From the NCBI GenBank assembly GCA_002633005.1, contig NMRA01000173.1, positions 154,534 through 218,533 of the forward strand: a DNA stretch of 64,000 bases, in the 5' to 3' direction. The notes beneath the pieces are model-generated. The model was not told the origin of the DNA. It did not search any database and was given only the letters and a program-made list of their open reading frames with translations. This document shows positions 39,101 to 50,678 of this stretch, piece by piece. Both the position numbers and the translations under genes were made by a program. This stretch comes from Phoronis australis. Taxonomy: Eukaryota; Animalia; Phoronida. Numbering within the stretch: position 1 is the stretch's first letter; the number at the start of each line of letters is the position of its first letter.

Positions 39101-39756
39101 GAGATTCGCACGTATCCGAAGGGCAATCGTTCGTCTACAGACGGCTTAGCTCTTCTAAAGAAACAGTCACTGGCAAATGAGCGCATTGTGAAGTGGCTGA
39201 TCTTCCGAGAACAGTTACAGAATGTAAATATACTTTATCAGGGTGTGGGGGCATTGTTAATTCTAAAACCAACATAGCGTATCCAGTTAGAAAACAACTT
39301 GTGTGCATTTCGTTCACAGACCTCTTCACTAGAATACTGAATACAACTACTCCTCGGCACATATAATAATTACAATACCATGTGTCCATATATTTAATTT
39401 TAGTGATAGCTTATGACTATCCAGTATTACAGGAAAAATTGATCAGCATTTCTGATTCAAAATTTGTTATAAGTTTGGATAAGATCAAAAAGAAGAAAAA
39501 GGACACATCTTGTAATGCACTGGTCTGTTAATGCGAAAGGGTCAACTGTTGTTATTTAAGAAAACAAATTTGTGACACATGTGAAAAGTACAGTGCATGG
39601 GTCAATGGAGATGTATTCAGTCGGACAATATTTTGAATAACTGTCGAACAAAACGCCCGTCCTGCGCCATATATCATGTAGGCTTCCCACCCTATGTATT
39701 GACGACAACACGTTCATTCAATCGTGAGGTCGAATGTTACAAAAATGCATACGTAC

Positions 39757-40012
39757 CAGGTAGGCGTAATCCGGGATCTGATGGTAACGCCTTGATTTCT
39801 TGTGAAAAGTGTTGTAAAAGTTTATAGTTCAAACTAAGAAAATCCGAGAAGGTTCTTTTAATGAATCTAATCCTTTCGTCAGACCAATCCACTTCTATCA
39901 CAAATGCATAATCAGTCTTGGTCTTAAATTTGACAGCAGCAAATCCTGACACTGCAGCGTTGACGATGAACAAATTATTGCAAGTCAAGCCTCCAAATGT
40001 GTTGGAAGCCAT
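39757..40012 (-). CDS. PXDC1: PX-domain protein (PXDC1-like), exon 1
   Basis: ATG at 40012 in aaaATGg context; reads MASNTFGGLTCNNLFIVNAAVSGF...YAFVIEVDWSDERIRFIKRTFSDFLSLNYKLLQHF...LRLP; gtacgt donor; 256 bp, phase 1. PX beta-strands and RTFSDF helix start; N-terminus resembles recalled human PXDC1 (MASAVFEG..NMFV). Confidence 0.8.
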
Positions 40013-43000
40013 TTTGGCCGACTGTTTACTCCTATAAGGCCTGGTTATCCAGTAAAGAATTCTGTTGGCCACTTGTGATTTCTTCGCAAGGAGCTCGAGA
40101 TGTTCCGTGACGGTTTGGATAAAATTCTTCATCAATCCCGGCTGAAGTGTCCGTCTTTAGAACGTGGCAACAGCTCCAACAAGCATTTCACACAATTCTA
40201 CCACCACCTCGCCAAATCCTTGTTCGAGATCTGGCCTAGCAGTCTGTCAGATGGCTCAGACTGGAAAATAAAACCAGATGCGGCTGTAAGCAGCCTCATA
40301 CGAGGCGGGCTAAGCTCATAATACAAAACATGTGAAGTATTCGCCAGGCCACTTCGCTGGGTGCGACCAGTTAACCAATGGGAGACCGCGTTGTATTTTG
40401 TTTGACCCTTGACTTGTCCCACTAAAGCCCAGCTTTATTGTGATCAATTTTCCGTGCATAATAGATCTAGAACATAATGAACGATGCACTTGAACAATGA
40501 TTGTTGGGCGATAAATACTGTATACTGTCTAGATACACAAACGCAACATCAGTATTTTGTCCCAGAGTTAATGTCTTCAGCGCCAGAAATAAGAAAAAAT
40601 ATTGTGAACCAAACATACAGGTGGCATATATCCTGGGAGTAATATATTATAGTCCTAGCATATACCACACAACTAATGCTGGGCCTTGGATATCGTAAAT
40701 TATTTGCTGTTAATCGCGGTTGGTCAATAATGTTCATCTTTACAATGTATATTTGACTGAAAACATGGTTGACCAACAAACGTAAAACTATTGACACTGA
40801 ATCGGGGTCGGTGGTCAATACAATATTTCGTTTTCGACCAACACAGAATCGGGTTCAAAATACTATTGCTTTTCCGACTGTTCCTTTACAAACGACAGCG
40901 TAGGTCTCACTGGGTAACTCTCTATACAGTCATAAGTCCTTCTACACAAGAAGCCTGCGTAGTGTACACAGTCAAACTCGCCGTTATGTCACATCTACTC
41001 CCAGGTCATGAAACGACACGTTGTTCGTTTTGACAGGAAAATGATTGCACTGCCTTTCGTTGAGGCACGGAAGCCAAAGAAAGCGGGGATGAATGTTTTG
41101 AATCAAGCGGCCGTGGGACATCGTTGGTCGTGGGTGAATACTATTGACCTACCTAGAAAAAAGTACTAGCCGGCGTTTCCAAGAAAAAAAACGAATACTT
41201 CCAATTGATAAATTATTCACATCACATTGCCCATGTATAGAAATGACTATGAAACTGTTCTCGTAGAAAAATGACTGATTGTCACATGGAGATTCTGACG
41301 TCACGAGCAGGAAACTCAATTTTTGACGTCATTCTACTACCTCTGAGAGGGGCAGAAAATTGCGTCACATTTCCTAGAATATATCCTGTTAACAACTTCT
41401 TTCAACAACGACAATGTGAAATCGAAGTGATTCTAGTGTCTACGAATATCTCTGTTCCTAGACACTGCCACCGTCTCGACTGACCGCCATATCTCTCATT
41501 GGCTCGAGCATTATGAAAAAACGGACAGTTGCCGAAATGGACTATTCAGAACGAAGGACTGTTAGAAAAAAGTTTGACCGCGGGAGTATTTGTTCGAATT
41601 GGAAGGAATGAAAGATATCGACGGCCTCCTAAGGTGTCTCTCAATGCACAAAAGATACTTATGACAACGTGACTTTGATGTTTAACCAGTGTGAGGCATA
41701 ATTCGCCGAAAAGCTTCCCGAGTATGAAGTGCCTATACATGTATAGGAGCTTCACCGTCCCTACGGTCAGTCGAGAAGGTGGCACTGTTTACTCTGTTCC
41801 CTCCGGCGACATTATAACAGAATTGTCAACTGTTTTCCTGAGTTCATTACAAACAAGTTCAGTCAATTTTCTGTCACAGGCTCAGTGGAGTGTGTCAATA
41901 AAACGCCCATTTTTGCAGCACTGCCGCATTGATGAGCTATGCAGGCTTTTGGTGCCCGCCATCTGTCTTAATCATTCAATCTATAGTCACTGGCAAGGAT
42001 TATAAAAAGCTGCCTGATTCCCAATCCTTTAGAAAAACATTGATATCTCACCATATCTCCAAATCCTCTCAACACTCGGTCATAAGTTGCCGACTCAGGA
42101 AATAGACGCCTGTAATTGCTAATAAGCAATGCACGCTTACCTTAATTAGTCATAGCGGATTTATTCTGCTAAAACTTAATTTCTCGTTTTTATTTTGCTA
42201 GCTATTTTCGTACCCCGTCCGTGTCAAAGCAGAAAAAACTACAACGTCAATTACGGTACAGTTTAATTGAAAACGCCATAACAGATAAGTTGAGTATTAT
42301 ATAAAACCAACAAAGAAAAGCACTGTTCTTCAAAGAACTATTAAAATACATACATATCTGAAACTTACAAGGTTCTTATATTTCTAAAATTCATGTTAAC
42401 TACAGGCAAAATATTTGTTTGTGAATAGGTCTATTCATTTGATTGAATAGTTAATATATAGTATGTGAGAAATGGCTTACGGATGCCTAATACATGATTA
42501 TGTAAACACGTTTTTTGGAATTGTTGATTGCTGGCAATAACCTAATTCCTATGGATGATAATTAACAAACAATACGATATGCTGACATTTAATTGGAATT
42601 ACAGTGAAACAAACTTGGCACAGTGAGCGACAGAAATGTTTGCTACATTTTATGCAGTTATCATACTTACCCGAAACGTCCTTACGACTCGAGATATTCA
42701 AAATTCGCCCAGAAACTTCTTAAAACCGTGTTTCTCGAGGCACGATGTATATGGAATGCGAGTGATTACTTTCCCGGTTTCGTCAGAGGCAGGAAATAAT
42801 TGGCAACCTTGATCAAGTTGGTGGACCGATGGCAGCTAACAGAACGTATGAGTCATATGGTCGTCTGTTGGAATCTGATTGGATGCCGTCCGAGGTCATC
42901 AGCAATTATTACCAGTACCGTAAACTTTCGAATGATTACATCCCGTGCATGAAAACACGCAGCTGTTGGCTGCAACCACCATTTGGAACATAAACCATCT

Positions 43001-43976
43001 TTCGTTTTGACTGTGGAATGGTGCAGTGGAGTCTTGCCGCAAAATAGGGCCGTCCCGCATTACACAGCGACACTCGAATCTCGCTGTATTCGCGACAAAA
43101 GGTGTTCTTGACCGGTGGGGACAGGGATGATAGCAGTCATAACCTATGATTTAAAATATGTTGTATCCTAGCCATAACGTAACCATTTACCAAAGATTCT
43201 TGGACACTAGAAGAAGAAATGTCATGTTGTCATGTTGTCAACACGAGTGGCAAGTTCGATATGCATAATAATGAACAATTTTCAGATTATTGTAGTTTAA
43301 TAAATGAACTTTTTTCGAATTCCCATAGTGAAATCTTATCTGGAAGTATACATCCTCTCGAAAGGAACCTTTCCCGAAAAGACACCTTCGTGGCTGGCGT
43401 AACGAAACTGTTAGTACAAAAATCACTCATCGAGTGGACGCTGTTAATTCACTTCCACAGTGAAAGACTTTCGATTGTCTCAAGAATATGTATGGAATTG
43501 TTCCCGGATAGGATTGAATGTAAGTTAGATAATTCTGACAATCTCATATTTGTTGTAACTTTTTGCCATTATATTTCAAGTTGTATGTAGACGACAGAAC
43601 GTATCACAGTGGTTTTATAAATGGGACGTCTTGCCATCTTAGCATCTGGACTCAAGTAATCCACACGTCTTCATTCTAAATCCTTAACATTTTTTTTCTT
43701 TTTGGCACTTGTGCACCTTTGACAAAGTACCACCATCGATAACTGGGTAGTTATGTCGTTTTAGTCGTGATTTCTGAAGTGTGAACGTCTCATGGAAGAG
43801 ACAATTTTGAGCAGTAAGAGTCTATTGTCTCTGCAACTGCAGGTGTTGACGTCAGTTGACGAAATGTTACAAGTCTCGCGGTGCTGTCGTTCATTAGTGA
43901 AGCCGCGGTCAAGGTGCCGCGGCCAAAGCCGCGCTACAAAAAGGGCCCACGGTGCACCCAAAGCAGCTACAAGGGT

Positions 43977-44110
43977 TGTAGAACTAAGATCACATTAATG
44001 AGTATATTCTACTAATACACAACTACAAAACATAACATTCAAAATCCATGAGCGTTCTGCCATATCGCGTCATCATGAATGTGATTGTTAACAATAGCGC
44101 GTATGCGATA
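43977..44110 (-). repeat. 3' LTR (134 bp)
   Basis: TGTAGAACT...GTATGCGATA, a diverged copy of the 5' LTR. The adjacent tctcccctct (44111-44120) is the polypurine tract on -. Confidence 0.9.
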
Positions 44111-44484
44111 TCTCCCCTCTTAACAAAACAAGAACTACTCTAGAAAACTAACAAACTAGAATGGTGCCGGTACAAAACGTCCAAGAGTCCTGCGGCACAC
44201 AAGAGTCTCTAACTAAGAACAAAATCCTTGAAATGAAATGGAAGTCTAATCTCTCGCCTACGACGGGCTGAGAGTTCAGCAACAGGTACAGCTTTGTTGT
44301 CGCGCTTATCAAGTGTTCTAGCGGTGTCTCTCCTCCCCTCTTGGGGATCCTGTAACGGAGCATCTGCTGAAGGTTCTGCAACAGGCACAGCTTTGTTGTC
44401 GTGGTTGCAAGGTGCTCTAGTCGTCTCCTTCGGCTCCTCTATATAGGAACCCTTGTAACGGGACATAAACTTTGGCTTTATGTG

Positions 44485-45144
44485 CATAGGCGGATTTAGG
44501 GGGGGCCNNNNNNNNNNNNNNNNNNNNNNNNNNNNNNNNNNNNNNNNNNNNNNNNNNNNNNNNNNNNNNNNNNNNNNNNNNNNNNNNNNNNNNNNNNNNN
44601 NNNNNNNNNNNNNNNNNNNNNNNNNNNNNNNNNNNNNNNNNNNNNNNNNNNNNNNNNNNNNNNNNNNNNNNNNNNNNNNNNNNNNNNNNNNNNNNNNNNN
44701 NNNNNNNNNNNNNNNNNNNNNNNNNNNNNNNNNNNNNNNNNNNNNNNNNNNNNNNNNNNNNNNNNNNNNNNNNNNNNNNNNNNNNNNNNNNNNNNNNNNN
44801 NNNNNNNNNNNNNNNNNNNNNNNNNNNNNNNNNNNNNNNNNNNNNNNNNNNNNNNNNNNNNNNNNNNNNNNNNNNNNNNNNNNNNNNNNNNNNNNNNNNN
44901 NNNNNNNNNNNNNNNNNNNNNNNNNNNNNNNNNNNNNNNNNNNNNNNNNNNNNNNNNNNNNNNNNNNNNNNNNNNNNNNNNNNNNNNNNNNNNNNNNNNN
45001 NNNNNNNNNNNNNNNNNNNNNCCCCTCCCGACCTCCCCCCATTCGGTGCAATGCGCATCTACACTCGTGGTTCAGTTTGCGCAAATGCTTCCAGCCGGAC
45101 AAAATGTTGGCCCCCCCCCTTGCGATATCCTAGATCCGCCACTG
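44485..45144. mobile_element. GGCGGAT-type MITE nested in the LTR element (interior gapped)
   Basis: Ends CATAGGCGGATTTAGGGGGGG and CTAGATCCGCCACTG; 5-bp TSD ATGTG on both sides. Confidence 0.75.
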
Positions 45145-48100
45145 ATGTGCACCCTATTTCTTTGGTATTCTTCTCCAGTCCGACTGTCCAGGACCGTATA
45201 TGACCTTTCACTACATCCACAGATGTCACAACCCCGCGTGACCACTTATTAGGCCGATCTCAGAGGGGTTCTTGAGGAATGAAACAGGCTGTTTTTTCTC
45301 TAACGGATAGCTAAGATCACTTCTCAACGTATTGTTCTTCGCTTCAGCATATAGGACTTGCCGCTGTTCAGCCTGAGCTGTATTCATCATGTATAAGGTA
45401 ATGCATGACAAGACTGTTTTGACTATCCTGTGGAACATCAGCTCAAACGGGGAAGGGATGCTCTGGCTGATCAAGGTATCTCGTATTATTAAAAGAATAT
45501 CTTCTATTGCCAAGTCATCATTCTTTGATTTATCCATGAGTAATTTTATGTTCCCTAACGTTCTCTAGCATCTACAATTCTGCCACTTGGAGTGGGGTGT
45601 ATAGCAGGCGTGTGGGTTATGTTATACTGCATACACATTTCCTGGAACATTTCACTCATATACTGCGTACCTTAGTCATTAACAATCTGTGTCGGATATC
45701 CGAACTCGTTGCATGTGTGTTTTACGTGCTTCACGATGCTAAATGCTTCTTGAGTTTTCAAGTGTCTTATCCGAGGAAAACCTGTGTGATAGTTTTCTAC
45801 ACTCCCCTTGGTGTGCTCGATGTAGCCTCTTCAAGAGGTGCCCTCTCATTATCTGACAACTATCGTGCATCCTCTGATTAGAAGCCCATTTAGCCATCCT
45901 AAGTCATGTCTATAATTCCAGTAAGCCATGGTCTGGCATTTGGTTCTGAACTTCGGGCCACCCTTTTTCAACAAATGGCAAGAATGCCATCAAATCTGGG
46001 TCTTTGGAAGTTTCAACCCGTATCTTTTGAATGTCTGACCCAGTCGTAGTGTTCACCTCAAGAATTCCAATGATCGTGATGTTTGGTAAAACTGGCGCTT
46101 GCTTGGGTCTAAGCGGAACATATTTTGACAAACAATATGCGACATGCATCTCACTTCCTTTCTCATAAACAACTTCCATCTCATAGCCGTGCAACATTCG
46201 GACGACCATACTTTGCAACCGTGGGGTATGCTGTGAATGTCTTTCTTGAAGATAACTTGTAACGGCTGGTGATCTGTGTGGACTGTAAACTTTTATCCAT
46301 AGACGTACTATCAGCCAGGCTTCTTGACGCAAAATTGATTGGCCTGCTCTCCTGAGTCAAACAAGCTCGCAACCAATCCCTTTAACGAGGCATCGCATTC
46401 AATTGTTATCTCTTTACATGGACCAAAATACCGGAGGGACTCTGCCTTAAGGACGCATCCCCTCAAGCTATTCAACATCTCTGTGTGTTGATCGGTCCAA
46501 GCGAAATAGTTGTCCTTTTTCAACAGTTGTCTTAGTTCGTAAGTCTCAGCAGACAAGTTAAGGATAAATTTGCCAAAGTACATAAAGCAGCCCAGTAAGG
46601 ACTACAATTCAAGCTTGTTGTCAGGGGTGCTATTTTCCCAATGGCATCCAACTTCTTAGGATCTGGCTTAACCGGCCTTCTTGTGTAAGTTTGTGGCCAA
46701 AGTAACTAATCTCTGCCAGAAGTATCTTTGCTTTCTTTGGTTTCAACCGGAATCCTGACTCTCTTCAGCGCTGAATGACGTAGTTCTGGGCAACATCATG
46801 GTCCCATCTCGTCTCTGCTGCAATCAAGATATCGTCTGCGATGCAGTGAACCTTCTCCAAGTCTCCAAAGGTGTGGTCAATGAAGCGTTGGAAGACGTTT
46901 TGTGAGCTATAAGCCCAAAGGGCAATCGCTGATAGCTGTATCTGCCAAAGGGACTGTTAAATGTAAGCAAAGGGACACTCTCCGGGTGCATCTCAATATT
47001 CCAGTATCCACATGACTGATCTAGAGTCGAGAGATACCTACACCCATTTAGCTGCGTTATTGCTTCGTCCAAGATAGGTGTGTAATGGTGGGGCCTTTTC
47101 ACAGCCTTGTTTAACGGCTTAGGATCAAGACACATCCTTAGCTGGCCCTTCGGCTTTGGGGTACACACTAGGCTGTTTACCCCCGGGGGGTGACTTCTTG
47201 CTGCTTCTTAATAATTCCAAGCTCTTCCATACGGTTGAATTCAATCAGAAGCTGTTTTCGACAACGGGTGGTACTTTTCGATCTTGGAGGGCATGCCACT
47301 GGTGGACCAGTATCGTCTATCTGAATTTTATACTTATAGTCCTTCAGTTTCCCAACTCCTATAAAACAACTTTGGCGTTTTCAATAACCTGCTTTGTGGA
47401 GATAACTGTGATGTGCCCATTGCGCTTGACGCCATTCTCTTTCCCTGATTTCAGTGACTTCACTGATGTCAAAGTCACCGTGACAATCTTTGCAAGTACC
47501 GGGCTCATCGCAAAGTATTTCCACCATGTTCATTGCTTCGCAGAACCTCAACGAGAATAGATTGTTTCCAAAATCTCAGACAAAAAGCCTGAGGGCACCT
47601 TATGTCCAGCGATGTTGTTGTGGAAAATACGGCCAACCCAAAACTTGCCATGGTTGGTGAAATTTTTATCACCACACCAGTCAGTTTGACAGCAGATTTC
47701 CGGAGTTTTGACTGCATCGGCCCCGTACAGCTAATTCTTAAATGTGGCAATATTCAGCAGATTAACTTGGGCCTCAGTATCAATTTTGCCCTTCAACTTT
47801 TATCCCTGATGTCTCGATACTAGCAACAACAAATTGGGTATCTGGCCCAAGGTCATCGTCAAAATGGATTTCACCTCAGTGTCGTGGTCTTCACGGTCTC
47901 AACTGACGCACTGTCATACTCGTCGTCAAACAAATTTCCTCTCCAGAAGATTGATAACTGGCTCCAGCTTCGTGCAGTTTAGTATCTCACGAGCTTTCTT
48001 CTCTTTTCAGTTTCCCGCTTCGCAGGTTTAGTGTTGGGCTGACAGCACCGTTCAAGATGGTTCATCTGTTTGCAGCGGTTGCATTTCTTGCCGAATGCTG

Positions 48101-48552
48101 GACAACGCTTTGGTGGCTGCATGTATCTACATTTCGAGCAATTAATCTGTCGATTGCGAGTCCGTCGCAGTTCATCAGTATTACTTGTGGTATCAGAACA
48201 CTGTGCATGATCCCCTGCCTCACTTTATCAACTTCTCGCATGTTGTACTGCTCCGCCACCCTCGACGTTTCCAAAATCTTAACATCTTTGAATCCATATT
48301 TAAGGGTTTCATTCTCCACGATGAGCGAAATGTCACTTGGATGTTCACATTGCTGCAACAACTTGCTTATCCAATCATAAAATTGATCATCAACATTCTC
48401 CATGCACCGGCTTGCTGCTTGACAAACTTAAATTTCATCCGTGATGCATTCCACGATCCTTCTGTGCTTTCCCTTGACACAAATGCCATCAAAAACGTCC
48501 GCTGATATCTCGTTATCATTACCATCAAAGGGGTGATTTGCATGTTTCACAC

Positions 48553-49276
48553 AAGCCAGCCAGCTAGCTGTATGAAAACTATCGTCAAAATACAGCTAGG
48601 TACCACTGTGTGTTTTTTTCTTCCGTAGAGGCCCCGAAATTGCACACAGCCAGGGTAGTTCGATCTGCTTGTCGCCTCGCCGTGAAACCTATAGCGACGT
48701 GTAGAGCTAAAGACCGCCGGACGGGTTGCATGCAAAATCTGGGAATCAAACGACACTCACCTTGCCCGTTACAGCCGTTTAAGTGGAAAACGATCTAATA
48801 TACGTGATTTTCTTGCGTTATCCCGCCTCCGCCTTTTCTCACAAAGAAATTGTCGTTTTGAAAACGATACGCTCGTGACACGCGCCATTTCCTAAGTTTT
48901 TGCGACATCTCTTCTGAAATTCGGTTTGCTGGTATCAAAATTCTAAAAACTTATAATGGGGTGAATCCAGTTCCTATAATTTGTTGTGACGTGTACGCAA
49001 CCTCGTGAAAGAACAACAGTTGATTGAAGAATCTGCAAAAAAAAGAAACTGGCCAATAGGTGACGCAATATTTCATGGCGCCGAAAACCGACGCGGAACT
49101 TCATAGCTCCACAACTTTAACAGCAGAATAACTGTAGAACGCCAATTTATCCAACACCGTTAAATAATTTAGTTGACTTAAGGAAGACTGTAGCTTTTAA
49201 TGACACCAATTTTGTGTCAGATTTTATCTTACCACTTTTTTACCCACACCAGCGCAAAGCTTTGTATGTAAGGCTA
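48553..49276. mobile_element. 724-bp insertion in gag with a 9-bp TSD
   Basis: GTTTCACAC duplicated at 48544-48552 and 49277-49285. Removing the insert rejoins the gag remnant (MGPEE*RVK|HANHPFD, one in-frame stop remains). Interior ~48755-49215 resembles the Helitron family at 53800-54180. Confidence 0.75.
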
Positions 49277-49563
49277 GTTTCACACGTTATTCCTCTGGAC
49301 CCATCTACATTAACCTTATCGACTTGGTACTTTTCTTCACGTCCTTCGTAACAACTCAGAATTTTCTTTGTCAGTGTTTTAAACCGAATGTATTCGTCAT
49401 GCAGTTTTTTACCAGAAAATTCAAGTTGTTTCGGCATTTCTACAGCCTTTTCGCTGGCTTCCTAGTCTATTTCGTCTCTCTCGGGGTCATTTTGTTTGTT
49501 TAAGTTTAAGCTTACCGGTAATTTCGCAATTGTCTTTTAAGTTCAAAAATTTGCTGCTGATCC

Positions 49564-49581
49564 ATTACGTCGAGGTCACAA
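49564..49581 (-). other. Primer-binding site, tRNA-Trp-like
   Basis: Minus strand reads TTGTGACCTCGACGTAAT immediately after the 5' LTR. It matches TGGTGACCCCGACGTGAT, the complement of the eukaryotic tRNA-Trp 3' end, at 15/18 positions. Confidence 0.8.
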
Positions 49582-49706
49582 TGTAGAACTAGGATAAAGA
49601 TCATATCAATGAGTATATTAATACACAACAACAAAACATAACCAAGAGCGTTCTGCTACATCGCGTCATAAGGAACGTGATTGTTAACAATAGCGCGTAT
49701 GCTACA
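49582..49706 (-). repeat. 5' LTR (125 bp)
   Basis: TGTAGAACT...GTATGCTACA with TGTAG/CTACA inverted termini; alignable to 43977-44110. Confidence 0.9.
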
Positions 49707-50288
49707 AGGGTACAGTTGTGTGCACACCGGCAAAGCCGCTGCAAGGATACAGTTGTGGGTACCCGACCAAAGCCGCTGCAAGGGTATAGTTGTGGGCGCC
49801 CAAAGCCGCCACAAGGGTACAGTTTTCGTCAACACTTAGTAATGGACTCTGATATTTACGTGACTGCCTTCGCGGTGAATAACCAAGGAGTGGTGAAAAC
49901 AACGAATAATTCCTTATAATAATTACCCGACCACTGATTAGTCTGACATTTTGTAAGGGGTATCTTTTTGTACGTTTGTGTTGTCCACACGCGATGTACC
50001 AAATAAACACGCTCAATGGGGAAGGATTTCGGTCAATAACAAATTTGATGCCGCTGTACGAAACACTTTATAGTTTCTGGGCGACATTCATTCTCAAAAC
50101 TTTAAAGGGAAAGGTTAGCCGTAAAAGAACAAGTTAGCGATCGAATTTTCCACAGTTTTTAATTTGGTTGATATGCAACACACCCATTTGTTTGTGACAC
50201 GAACTTTTTCATGGAAACACAATAGAAGCCTGGGAATACAGACCAACCGTTGGCTTTACTTCGGCCCAGACCTCAGTTCAACGCTACT

Positions 50289-50339
50289 GCCATCTTTTGA
50301 GTCCCACTTTTTTGACGTCATTCACAAACAAACATGGCG
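50289..50339. promoter_or_regulatory. Putative PPTC7 proximal promoter motifs
   Basis: YY1-like GCCATCTT (50289-50296), palindromic CRE TGACGTCA (50313-50320) and YY1-like AACATGGCG (50331-50339), all within 140 bp of the ATG. Confidence 0.45.
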
Positions 50340-50425
50340 TCGTCAAGTTGATCGAGAAAGTGTGGACTGTGGGTTACCTAAGATTTCGAGACAGTGACGC
50401 AGCTCCATTCATGTTGTGAGCAAAA

Positions 50426-50678
50426 ATGCAGTCAGTATTTGTGTATGGGCGACTTTTGGCCCGAACTATTGTTGCTGGAATTAACAATTACAACGAATTT
50501 CCGTCTCTTGGAACTACCAGAGGACGATCATGCGCGAAAAGTTCTCAGCGTGACCTTCACTTGGTCACCGCTTACTCCGGTTACTCAAAAAGTCATTCAT
50601 CTTCCCACGTCTATAGGAGGTGCTGCTTTGGCGACGACGCCTGCTTTGTGGTGAAACATCGGCTTGCCGATGTTATAG
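50426..50678 (+). CDS. PPTC7: Protein phosphatase PTC7 homolog, exon 1
   Basis: Reads MQSVFVYGRLLARTIVAG (mitochondrial-presequence-like) ... FGDDACFVVKHRLADVI; gt donor at 50679; phase 1. Confidence 0.93.

Larger units (their letters stand above)
44209..49437 (-). pseudogene. Disrupted gag-pol of the LTR element
   Basis: gag MPKQLEFSG... (49437); zinc knuckle CPAFGKKCNRCKQMNHLERCC (~48045-48110); protease IDTEAQVN (~47760-47785); RT LRMCLDPKPLN..FNSPFGRY..RLPFGL and CIADDIL (~46820-47170); RNase H IECDASLKGL (~46370-46410); integrase tail SPFELMFHR (~45430-45460); C-terminal RRRREIRLPFHFKDFV. Confidence 0.88.
43977..49706 (-). mobile_element. Degenerate Ty3/Gypsy LTR retrotransposon (Mag/K02A2.6-like)
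   Basis: Two short LTRs; AGGGT TSD at 43972-43976 and 49707-49711; PBS and PPT present; gag, protease, RT, RNase H and integrase remnants in Gypsy order on -, with many frameshifts and stops. Confidence 0.93.

Noticed and set aside
40013-40135. 41-codon in-frame N-terminal extension of the PX gene
   Set aside because: Similarity to PXDC1 starts at MAS (40012), which has a good aaaATGg context; the extension looks like 5' UTR.
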